Shown: one piece after another, positions 47,963 to 59,920 of the stretch
Numbering within the stretch: the stretch's first letter is position 1
How the letters are laid out: the number at the start of each line of letters is the position of its first letter
DNA from: Octopus vulgaris
Lineage: Eukaryota
Length of the DNA: 64,000 bases
Reading direction: 5' to 3'
Assembly: GCA_951406725.2 (NCBI GenBank)
Contig: OX597822.1
Location: 21,204,001 to 21,268,000, forward strand
The notes under the pieces: generated by a model
The model's input: only the letters and a program-made list of their open reading frames with translations
Told to the model about the DNA's origin: nothing
Databases searched by the model: none
Program-made: the position numbers and the translations under genes

Positions 47963-50900
47963 ATGATATAATACGTAGTGTGTGATGTGTGAGTCTTAGC
48001 TAAATATTTTGCATTATCAGCATCTAGAGGTTTAGAGGTGATATAATAATGATAATAATAATAATATTCTGTGACCAGCCGGGCAATCTGTTTTAGATTA
48101 AATAGTTAGTACAATTAATCTTACTATATTATTGATTCATATGTTATTAACCTTTGATGAGTGAAAAATTACATTGGCTCCTATCAGAAATAATGATAGC
48201 TTTGAAGAATATAAGAATTATTGCTTTCCTATTCATGGCATGTAATTTTTAACCAGTTGTGTCTCAGTTTCTCACCTTATTACAGAGAAACTGAATTTGG
48301 GAAGCATAACTGTTTTGGATTTAAAATCTGTTGAATTTCTACAAGTAGGATGTGAAGGTTTAAAGGTACCCTATATAGAGGTATCATTAAGTGTCTAAGT
48401 ATATTTACTATCATTTGTTTCATATCCATAATAGGTACAGGTTTGACTGTGGTTAAACTTCCTTCTTACTCATTTAGTTTTGGGTTCAGTTCCACTGCAT
48501 GATGCTTTGGTCTTCTACTATAACACCAGGCCAACCAAAGTCACGCGAGTGGATTTGGTAGACAGAAACTGAAAGAAGCTCATTGTGTGTGTGTGTGTGT
48601 GTGTGTGTGTGATTTTCTTGAATCACGTGATGGTTTGTAAATGTGTGTAGCCATCATACAAGCAATGTTGTCCATTTCTAGTCTTCTGGAGAAAGCATGT
48701 CTGCCCATAGTAAATATTACTAAGTTTGAAAACAGACAAGGGTTTGCAACAGAGATAGCTGCGGAAAATTTGCCTCAGTAAATTTCATCTTACTCATGCA
48801 AGCTCAGTAAAATAATTATTGAATTACAATGACGATCCACCACACTAAGTGATTATAATTTCTTAGATAGCAACTATGCCAATGATTAAAAATATAGTTC
48901 ATTGAATCAACTACCTGACATATGACTGATATTTAACCATTCCGAAAAGTATCATCAAAACAGTGGACTCTCTAGAAATCACAGCTAATTTTCCCCAAAA
49001 TACACCCATCTATTTCAAAGAAAGTAGAAACATTGGATAAAAATTTATGGTCATACCTTTTAAATGCTTTTGAGCATTTATTTGCTGAATCAGGGCTAAC
49101 CTGGTGTTAATCAGCTGCAATCATGGGTATTTATTTGGTTTTAGAAAGATGAAATCTAAAGGTGAACAGAGATGTTATTTATAAACGCAAAATATAAATG
49201 GATATAAGAATTAACTTATCATGGTCCCATATTGGTTACATCAGCATTACTGTTGGTGTTGCTTTATCTTCATTTTCCATGCTGATAAGGTTTGCTGCTC
49301 TCTTAGACAGCCTGGAGATCCACGTCTCACCTGTAAGCTGTATTTCTGGCTTGGTTTCCACTGATGAATATCCTTTCTAATCCTAATCACTTTACAGAGT
49401 TTATTGGGTGCACTATTTTGCTACCAGTATGAGAGAGTTTGGCAAATCTTTGGCAAATCTAAAGGTACCTTTTGACACCACATTTAACAGTGCACAAGAT
49501 GCATTTAGCATTGCAGCAGAAGTAGTGTTGGTGCATTTCAGGAAGCATGGAAATTTTGAGAGAATTTTAGAGAGGAAAGAAGTGAGAGCTTGATGGATGG
49601 CATGAACTGGATAAATGGGGAGAGTGAATGAAGGATGTGGAATAATAATAATAATAATAATAATGATCGCTGTCCACATAATAATTCTGAGAAACTACAT
49701 TACTTAGCAGAAGCAATCATAGAAGTTAGCTGGGTTTATAATCAGATTAGAATCATTAAGAAAAATTCTTCATTTGTAATTTGTTCCACTGAAATCCAAC
49801 ATAATTGCTTCTGTAAAGCCCTCATTAGTTTACTTAGCAGAGTCTTAGCTTCTTTCCAGAGAATAACAACATTAGAATTTGCAAATTTTTGAACAATCTC
49901 TGAAAGCAATTTTGATTGAAGATGTATTCTGTTCTTTTGTGATATAAGACAAGAAACTCTTGATTTATGTTTGATCTGTGAAATCATGAATAACTATATA
50001 TAACTACATGTAATAGCCTGAGACAGTATACTGTGTAAGGTATTTAGAAGGATATCCATTATAAAGTTCTCTTTACAGTTACATACATGCAATATACAAT
50101 TAATTATCATACTTAATCACACATAATCTGCAATTAATGTAACAGCTGTGATTGGATAAATTTGTTTAATCCATAACATAATTTAGAAACAAAAAGCCAC
50201 CATTTTATGAATTAATGGTGGTTTTGATATATTCTCACAAATCTTAACACACCTACATGTTACCTCCCTAGGTATTAGATAATATGTGGAGTATACAACA
50301 TAGCAGAATGGCTAGAAAGTTTACATTGCTATCATGAGGATCTGGGTTCAATCCCACTGCGTGGCATCTTGGGCGTTGATTTTTTTTTTTACTAGTGTCT
50401 TGAGCTGATCCAAACCTTGTGAGTAAAATTAACTGGATGGAAACTGTGAGGAAGCCTGTCAGATGGATTGTGTCTGTAATTCAGATGTACAACCTTGTCA
50501 CATACTGTGTCAAGCTGATTTTACCCGAGGTTTATGCTGTTGGTATTTGTGTCTGTAGAATGTTCAGTAACTTACATGTTAATTTAATGAGCAGGTTATT
50601 TAGTTGATCAAATGATTGAAACTCATAGAGAATCATTTATTTTCTCCTTTAAGTAATATTTGGAAGAAAGTGATAGTATCTGAGCTTGAATTGGGCAATG
50701 AATATTGGATATTTAACTAATCAAACATAGAAACATTTCTAACTATAAATTGAAACTGGCCCCTTTGTTCTCAGAACAAAACTTAAGACAATATTCTACT
50801 GCAGCTGCCACTATTAACTCTTAATGAACATTTTGTCTTGTAATGAGGAGGTGCCAGAAGAACTTGGCAAAAGATGAGACAACATCCTGCAAGGCTCTTG

Positions 50901-52127
50901 AACTTGTCTGAACCATGAAATAATGAAGAAAGTTATAATGTTGATTGTGATGTTGATAATATTGATTATTTTATTGATTGCAGTTATAGTGAGAGTGATG
51001 ACAATGTGGGTGATGATAATGATGATGGCAGCATTGATAATGAAGAGAAGAAGATGTGGAGGATTATAGTTATTAGAGTAATGTTGAAAATGATGATATT
51101 AGTGGTAGTGATAAAGGAGTGATGAAATCGATAATAATTTTGTTGACAATTATGATAATGGTGGCAGTGGTGGGTATATTGATGAAGTGAACTTAAATGT
51201 ATAGAATTCTGAAAGCTTTTCAAATAACCTGAAAAGCAGTTGTTAATGTCAGCTTGCTAAATACATTTTTGAGGTTTAGATGTTTATGTAAATCATATCT
51301 GAAGATTAATAGTGGTGAGCTGTAGTAATAGTAGTGATGGAGGAGTTGACCAGATACAACATATGGTTGGCAAGTTTCTTTTTATTACAGTTATTTATTT
51401 GGTACTGGCTTCAAGTTAAACAACACAAACACTACAATACCATCACAAAGATTCTATCCTTCCCACTCATTTAAGACAATCAGAGTAGGAAATAGAGAAA
51501 ATAGCAGCTGTCACATCAATAACCAACTGAGCCCAGGAGAACAGTAATGTTGCTGCTAACATAGTTTACTTCTATTGTGGTCATTACCAGAGGCTACAAT
51601 AGCAGACTGGACTGAAGGGAAAATGCAGTATTTGCAGTCATGCCATATTGCTCCCCCACACAATAAACCACTGCATGTCAATGTCCTTAACTAGGCAGAA
51701 ATACAGTGTATCTTAAGTGTTGGATATGTAGATTATAGCCAGTTAGCTAACGAGATTAGGGTCTGCTAGATCAATGTGGAATGGTTCTACCCAACAACCA
51801 CAGCTCTTCTAAAGTCAATGACAGAACATCTGTACAGACACTTGGTCAGCTAGAAATAGTAGCCAAATCTCTCAAATCATACCATATTGTCTTAAGGAAC
51901 CTTATATATATATTAGACAATGTATTTCCAGGTCATGTTCACATGGCATAAAATGAATGAATGAAGGAACTTAAAAAAAAAAAATGGGACTGTCACACTT
52001 TCAAAGGCTTTGATCATTGGCTTACTTGATCAATACTGACCTGGGGTTAAACAATAACATCAGCTCTCTTCTCATATAAAACCTATCATCAAATTAACTT
52101 ATACTTAGTAAGTTTAAACAGTGTTTA

Positions 52128-53418
52128 CGAGGGGCGTTCAATAAGTAATGCCCCTGACCCACTTCCCATAGCAGTAGAGCAACGAAACTTGGCACAGTTA
52201 TTAGTCTTTTTCTACATAGGAACCACCCAGAGTTACGCATTTCTCCCATTGCTTGATGCAGCTCTGGAGACCGTTTTTGTAGAAAACCCCAGCTTGGTCC
52301 TCCAACCTGAACGTGACTTCAGAAATCAAGGCTGCATCATCTGGGAAACGCTTTCCTTTCAAAAACAACTTCATGACTGGGAAGAGGTGAAAATCAGAGG
52401 GTGCAAGGTCAGGAAAGTAGGGGGGATGGGGGAGGAGTTCATAGCCATACGCCTGTGCTTCTGATCTGGTGACAAGCGAGTTGTGGACCGGAGCGTTGTC
52501 CTGCAGGAGGAGGATGCCTTTGCTGATCTTGCCCCGCCTCTTGATTTTGATAACTTCTCTTAATTTCCTCAAAAGTGAAGCATAATAGGCTCCTGCAATT
52601 GTGGTACTCTTTGCCAGGAAATCTGTCATCACTACTCCGTCCTGGTCCCAGAAGACTGTGAGCATGACCTTGCCAGCGGAGGGCTGCACCCTTGCCTTCT
52701 TTGGAGGGGGTGAGTCACGGTGCTTCCACTGCATTGACTGGGCTTTGGTCTCTGGATCATCGTGATGGACCCAGGTTTCATCCTGTGTAATCAGTCTTTT
52801 GAAAAATTTTGACTCATCTTCTTGGCACATCTCCAAATTCACCCTCGAGCACTCGACGCGTTCTTGCTTCTGGAAAGGCGTGAGCAACCTGGGAATCCAT
52901 CTGGCAGACACCTTTTGCATATGCAAATGGTCATGAATGATAGTTTCCACAGACCCGGTACTAATCTTGACCTCATGGGCTATTTGACAAATAATTATGC
53001 GTCGATCTTCCAAAATGGCAGCCTCAACTTGACGGACAGATGCCTCATCAATGGCAGAAGGGGCGACCAGATCTGGGAGCTGTTTCCACAGAGTTCCGAC
53101 CATGTTTGAATTCACGATGCCAGCGTTTTACAAGGTCATATGATGGGGCATCATCACCATAAGTTACTTTCATTTCATCAAAAGTTTCCCGTGGTGTGCG
53201 TCCTTTCAAATACAAAAACCGGATCACTGCTCGACACTCAACAGGCTCCATTTCACACTTGACTCTGTTCAAACATCTGTAAATCAGAAACCACAATTAA
53301 TTCAGAGCTGTAATTTACCACTTACTCTGTAGAGATATAAATGATTGCACATGCAAAATTTTAGCTAGATCAAACAACTGCAAGTGGGTCAGAGGCATTA
53401 CTTATTGAACATCCCTCG
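52128..53418 (-). mobile_element. Full-length mariner transposon, 1291 bp
   Basis: 37-bp TIRs (cgaggggcgttcaataagtaatgcccctgacccactt, 3 mismatches), TA duplication on both sides. Confidence 0.97.
52201..53251 (-). pseudogene. DD34D mariner transposase (irritans-like), single frameshift near 53062
   Basis: WIPRLL, ITQDETW, LQDNAPVH, YFPDLAPSD with 34-residue D-D spacing; N-terminal HTH (MEPVEC..RSGRP) in another frame. Confidence 0.93.
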
Positions 53419-54828
53419 TATAGTGGTCACTCAACAATATCATCATCATAACCATTATCAAATTTCTCATTATAATTGAAGGAATCAAATTTGTCCCCTC
53501 AGTTTTGACTCTTTAGTTAGAGTTGGAGGCACTTTTCTTATTTGATGTCATTAGCAAATCATAAAAATCCTTGAAACCCCATCTCAATTTCCTGATGACC
53601 ACCTTACTTTCTGTCCTCTTGGGCTCAGTAACATTAAGATCCCACATTAAAATTAGTGGACTGGTCAATAGAAAAGCTAAGCAGAAACCCATCTGCTGGG
53701 AGTATAAATTTTTTTTTATCAAACTAGAGGACCCTTGACATGTTTCTATCTTATTCTAACATCCACATTTTTAACTGTACTTGACAAAGTTATTGTGTTG
53801 GGAATCTATTTATTATTGTGAGAAAACAGAATCGTTTTGAGATGAGATAATTCAATTACCATCTGAATGAAAAACAGTAATTAAGTTAATGTTAACAAAT
53901 CCAATAGAGAAAACATCAAAAACAAATATAAACTATGGATATTTATTATGTTTGTTCTTATTGCTGTCTAATCCATATATTAAAGTTAAATACTTTGCTA
54001 CAGAGTTTGTCTTTGTTTACATTTGTCTAGTGTTAAATATATTCAAAAAAGAATCTGTAATATATTTGTATTAATACTATTTTCTGTTGTGCTAGAAAAT
54101 TTTATTGTTGTTGTTGTAGGTAATATTATTAAAAAGTCTAAGGCGTTGAGCTGGCAGCATCGTTTGTACACTGGGCTAAATGCTTAGTGGCATTTTCTCT
54201 GTTCTTACATTCTGAGTTCAGATGTCACCAAGGTCATCTTTGCTTTTAACCCTTTGGGGGTCGATAAAATAAGTACCAGTTGGGCACTGGGGTCAAGGTA
54301 ATTGACTTATCCCCTCCCCTGAAACTGCTGGATTGAAAAGTCTTTAAAATAGGGTTTACCCATCACTCACAAGTGAGAAAGTTTTTGATAAATATTTTTT
54401 GGTGCCTATGTAGTCTAGAGAAAATATAGTCACACTCTCAGGCTTACCACACTTGAGGTAACAGAACAAGGATGTGACAACTGGAGGGAGAGAAAGCTGC
54501 GCCATTATTGGGACAGGTACTCATTTACAACTGAGCAGACTGGGCAATGTGCAATGATATGCCTTGCCAAAGAACACAAAATGTCACTCAGCCCAAGAAG
54601 CAAACCCAAAACTTTTGTTCAACATTTTAACTACTAGACCATGTGCCGTCACTAGTGATATCATTATTATAATTATTATATTATAAGGCACTGAGCTGGT
54701 AGAATTGTTAGCATGAACAAAACACTTACTGGCATTCTGTCCATCTTTAGATTTCAGTATAACCAACAACCCCTCTCTCCTAAAATTTCAGTTTTTGTGC
54801 CTATAGTAGAAAGGATTATTATTATTAT

Positions 54829-55288
54829 TCAGTAGTATATTTTTTATAGCGTGCTTTCACTTCACTACCGAGCGCAGCTCTGTGTGCCTTGGGTATGTGC
54901 TGTGATTTGTTGTGATGCTCTAATGGTTACTGTATGGTAAGGGTTCTGCGTAGGATGTGGGCAGTGCCTAGTGGTGCAATTTTCTGTGTTATATGTGTTT
55001 GTAAGTCCTGGTGTTTTTGTTATGTATTTGTCTGAATATTTTTTTTATCATGCCTAATGCACCTATTACGATAGGAATTGTTTCTGTTTTTAGATTCCAC
55101 ATTCTGATTACCTCTATTTCCAGGTCTTTGTATTTTGAAAGTTTCTCCATTTCTTTTAGAGACACGTTGTCATCTGCTGGTATTGATACATCAATTAGAA
55201 AGCATTTTTTTTCTTCATGATCTCTGACAACTATATCTGGTCTGTTGGCCTTAATTTCTCTATCTGTGTGTATTGGCATATCCCAGTA
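54829..55288 (-). mobile_element. R4/Dong-type LINE 3' end (restriction-like endonuclease + 3' UTR)
   Basis: NRPDIVV..FLIDVSIP..EKLSKYKDL PD-(D/E)xK-type motif; 3' end runs into (TAA)n. Confidence 0.88.
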
Positions 55289-55337
55289 TTCTTCTTCTTC
55301 TCTTTCTTCTTCTTCTTCTTCTTCTTATTATTATTAT

Positions 55338-55551
55338 CAAGGTGATGAGCTGACAGAATTGTTAGTGCACTGGACGAAATGCTTAGTGGTATTTCGCCTG
55401 TTACTATGTTCTCTGTTCAAATTCTGCTGAAGTCAATTTTGTCTCTCATCCTTTCAAAATCGATAAATTAAGTATTAGTGAAATACTGGGGTCAATGTAA
55501 TCGACTTATCAACTATCTCAAAATTGCTGTCCTTGTGGCAAAATTTAAAAC

Positions 55552-55584
<33 letters not shown>

Positions 55585-57350
55585 AGCATTGAGCTGGCAG
55601 AACTGTTATCATGCTGGGCAAAATGCGTAATTGCATTTCATCCATCCTTATGTTCTGAGTTCAAATTCCACCCAAGGTTGACTTTGCCTTTCATCCTTTT
55701 GGGACCAATGAAATAAGTACCAGTTATGCACTGGGGTTGATGTGGTCAACTAGCCCCTCCCACCAATGATTTCAGGCCTTGTGTCTATAGTAGAAAGGAT
55801 TATTATTATTATTACTGTTATTATTTTTATTTGCTCATCACTATGTTGTGGGTTCAAATTTTGCTCAGGTTTACCTTGCCTTTGATCTTTTTGGGGTTGA
55901 TAAGTTAAGTACCAGTGAAACACTGGGATTGATATAATTGACTACTCTCTTCCCTATAAAATTTCAGGCCTTGTACCTTCAATTGAAAGGATTATTATTA
56001 TTATATATGAAGCAACAGGCTGGCAGAATCATTAGCACACTAGACAAAATGCCACTAAGCATTTTGTCTGTCTTTACATTCTGAGTTCAAATTCCACTGA
56101 AGTTGACTTTGCCTTTCATCCTTTCAGGGTCAATAAATTAAGTGCCAGTGAAACATTGGGGTCGATGTAATGGACCAGTCCTCTTCCACCAAATTTCAGA
56201 CCTTGTACCTTTAGGAGAAAGGCTCATTATTATAATAATAATTCTTCTTCTTCTTCTTCTTCTTCTTCTTCTTCTTCTTCTTCTTCTTCTTCTTTAAGGT
56301 GGTGAACTGACAAAATCATTAATACACTTGGCAAAATGCTTAGTAGCATTTTGTCCATCTTTACATTTTGAATTTTGCCAAGGTTGACTTTGCCTTTCAT
56401 CCTTTTGGCATCGATAAACCAAGTAGTAGCTGAAAACTAAAGTTGGTGTAATCAAATTAGCCCCTCACCTGAATTTGCTGGCCTCATCCCAAAATTTGAA
56501 ATCATTATCATCATCATTATTATTTTTAAGGTGGTGAGTATGCTGGGCAAAATGCTTAGCAGTATTTTGTCTGTTGCTATGTTCTGAGTTCAAATTCCAC
56601 TGAGGTCGACTTTGCCTTTCATCCATTCGGGGTTGATAAATTAAGTACCAGCCAAGTACTGGGTTCAGTGGGATCAATTGTCCTCCTCCCCACAAAAATC
56701 AAAGCGTTGTGCCTATAGTAGAAAGGATTATTATTATTTTTATATCAGTTGTCATGATAAATCATTAGTCACTACACACATTTTTTTTCTCTCTCCTTGT
56801 TTTTTCTGTGTCCCTTTCTGTAGAAGAGCGTAGGCTCGAAACGTAAAAGACTTTTTCTGTTCCTGAGCGTTATACTAATACATCTGTTTGTTTTGCACAC
56901 CACCTCTCTTCGTCTTTTGTTTCTTTCATAAACTCTCCTTATTATTATCATAGTTTCATATAAGGTGGTGAGCTTGCAGAGTCATTTGCATGCCGGATAA
57001 AATGCTTAGCAATGTTTTGTACATATTTACATTCTGAGTTCAAATGCCGCTGGGGTTAACTTTGCCATTTATCCTTTTGGGTTTGATAAAATAAGCACCA
57101 ATTGAACACTGAGTTATCCCCTTCCCCAAAATTACTGGCGTTGTGTCAAAATTTGAAATCCTTACTAATTATAAAAGAAAGAAAGCAGAGGACAAAATGC
57201 CATGCAATATTTAGTTACAGCTTATGTTATGAGTTTAAATCCTTCTATGTTCAACTTTTTCTTTTATCATTTGAGGTCCAACAAAATCAAATACCAATCA
57301 AATACTGAGATCAATTCGATCTGCTGACTCCTGCTCACAAAATTGTTGCC
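55338..57350 (+). repeat. Head-to-tail cluster of about 8 SINE family A copies separated mostly by (TTA)n/(TTC)n
   Basis: Copies start at ~55338, 55582, 55840, 56010, 56295, 56527, 56961 and 57180; also 54140 and 54685. Confidence 0.85.
56814..56849 (+). ncRNA. Minimal hammerhead variant (CTGTAGAA core) in a short pLTR-like element (56765-56938)
   Basis: cttt-CTGTAGAA-gagc gtag gctc-GAAA-CG-TA-aaag; ACGT palindrome; A6 replaced by U. Confidence 0.55.
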
Positions 57351-57444
57351 CTGTTCATATATTCTTAATGATACTCTTGTTATTGTCACTGTTACTATAA
57401 AATGTAGTAAAAATGGTAGTGTCACAAAATAAATTTCTTCTTTT

Positions 57445-57842
57445 ATCATTTACTTGCTTCACTCATTAATTAGACTGGGGCCATGCTAAGGTACCACCTT
57501 GAAGAATTTTAGTCGAACAAATCAATCCCAATATTTATTTCTTTTTCATTATTCAAACCTGATATTAATTCTATCAGTCTCTTTTACCAGGCTGCTAAGT
57601 TACGGGGACATAAACACATCAACGTCGTTGCCAAACAGTGATGGAGGAAAACACGCACACACACACACACACACACACTCACATGGAAGGCTTCTTTTAG
57701 TTTCCATCTACCAAATCCACTCACAAGGCTTTGGTCAGCCCCAGGCTTTTGCAAAAGATAGCAAGGTGCTATGCAGTGGAACTGAACCTGGAACCATAAG
57801 GATGGAAAGCAAACTTTTTACCACACAGCCATGCTTGTGCCT
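57445..57842 (-). mobile_element. SINE family B
   Basis: Family consensus. Confidence 0.8.
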
Positions 57843-58299
57843 CATAATAACTAGTTATGTTTCTTTAACATAGTAAGCTCAGAACCTGTCAATGCTGGGG
57901 TCAATATTTCATGATTTTGAGTTCATTATAAATAATTATCAATGATATACTGGTAGCTGATTTAATTCATCGTTATCATTGTCATTTTACATTTGCTTTC
58001 CATGCTGGCATAGGGTTAGACAGGTCATCGTAGTCCAAATAATTTCTTATTGGAAACATAATAACTGGCTTTCGTACATATTATTTGGTTTGGTTTCTAC
58101 AGTTTGGTGCCCTTTTTATTGCTAACTGCTTTACTGTATGGTATGCATTTTCTTGTGACATCAAAACCACAGTACTCAGTAACTTAAGTTATGTAGATCA
58201 AGAAAGAGACTTGAAGAAGCAATGAAAGCAGAAACACCAGGAATAGGCTGTTGAGAGGGGAAGTAATAATTAAATATTTCTGGTTTTTGTTGTAAATAT

Positions 58300-58502
58300 C
58301 AGTTTCAAATTTTGGCATTAGGCCAGTAATTTTGAGAGAGGGAGTAAGTTGATTACATCATCCCCAGTGTGCAGCTCTTATATTATTGACCCCCAAGGGG
58401 ATGACAAGCAAGGTTGACCTCAGTGGTATTTGAACTCAGACTGAAGAAATGCTACTAAGCATTTTGCCCAACATGCTAACGATTCTGCCAGCCCACTACC
58501 TT
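58300..58502 (-). mobile_element. SINE family A
   Basis: Family consensus, diverged. Confidence 0.75.
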
Positions 58503-59418
58503 ATTTTTGATATAGCAGCTTCAATGCCAAGCAGTGATGAGGAATAAATGAACTTTAGGGTAGTTAGAACATGTTTCTGATGCATTTTAACTTCCAAAGG
58601 CAAACTCATTGCAGCTACACCTCGGCGAAAAAATTCTTTCTTAAGGTATAAAGTGTAAAATGCCATAACTACCTAGTGCTTCCTTCTAACAGATTTCCAG
58701 ATGCATGTTTCTAGCTTTTTAGCCTTCTTCAATGGGAAATACCAAAGAAAAATAATGTGTTGTTGTAAATATTATTACTGCAATATAATTGTTGATGTTC
58801 TTATAATTTTTCTTATCTTTTTTCTTTTCATAAATGCTGCTGTTTTGTCTGGCTGTCAACCGTGTGTCTCAGGTATGTACTATTCTAAATTCTCTAGTAG
58901 CTATTACTTGCTGTAGGTAACTTTCTAGATAAAATATTCCAAGTTACTAAGATGTAAAACAATATTTGATGCTGGGCTTCCAAAATTTCTGGTTGGTTGG
59001 ATTGTATATGGGGTAAAGTATAGATAACTATGTTTTCTTAAATGCTGGATATTCAATGTCCCTCAGAGATATATGTAATTAGTTGGATTTCAAAAATGTT
59101 TGTCTCATGTTTGTATTTTAATTTTAATACAATTTGTCACTTATTTCCAATTTGAAGTAGTGAAATGTTATTATTATTTTGAAAGAAATGATTTATTTAG
59201 TATATATATATATATATATATATATATTAACGTTTGTTTTTATGTCAATATTTATAAAAAGATTTAACATTAAACTGAAGGATTACTCACTTTTTAATAG
59301 AGTACTTATTTATTAACTTTTACAAAAAAAAAAGGTGATATTGACTTTGGGGTGTTTGCTTGCTTGGCTTCTGCAGTTTGTTGATTACTTTTGGTTCTTT
59401 TTGGTCCATAAATCTTTA

Positions 59419-59472
<54 letters not shown>

Positions 59473-59833
59473 ACACACACACGAGCACACACACAATGAT
59501 TATTTTAAAACATGTTTGTTGTTTATTATATCAATGGAGAACAATGGAATGGTAGAAACATAAACAAAGTGGACTAAATATATGAAAAATAATTACATTT
59601 CTCCAGCTACATTCTTGATTGAAGATTGATTTTTACGTTTACCCTTTGGTATGATGACTTTTGAAAGACATAAATAACAATTCTGACTGATGCTGTATTA
59701 ACAGCAATTTACAATCAACTGTCAAATTGTAAAACACTGCCATCACAAGACTTATATGTACATGTGTAGGAATTACAACCGTGTTTCATGGTCTGCTACC
59801 ACAACAGCTCCTTTATAGGATCCAGTTAGCTCT

Positions 59834-59920
59834 AGACATCATCAGGAGGAACCACGTCCGGTTTCGGCCCCTACACCTCTACCGTTTTGACGTGGCGGGT
59901 GCCCCCTTTTGGAGGTGTCT
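59834..59920 (-). ncRNA. Rearranged hammerhead ribozyme, copy 3, in a GC-rich element (~59765-60310)
   Basis: On -: agaca(P1) cc tcc aaaa ggg(P2) ggcaccc(II) g ccacgtc aaaa cgg(III') TA gagg(I) tgta ggggcc(II') GAAA ccg gacgtgg(III) tt cctc(I') CTGATGA tgtct(P1'); GUA cut between 59880 and 59879. Confidence 0.7.

Noticed and set aside
49742-49987. 81-aa ORF after an acceptor-like tttcacag, possible host exon (likewise 42981-43187, 18324-18512, 32774-33013)
   Set aside because: No recognisable motif or consistent exon chain; RNA-seq or homology evidence would be needed
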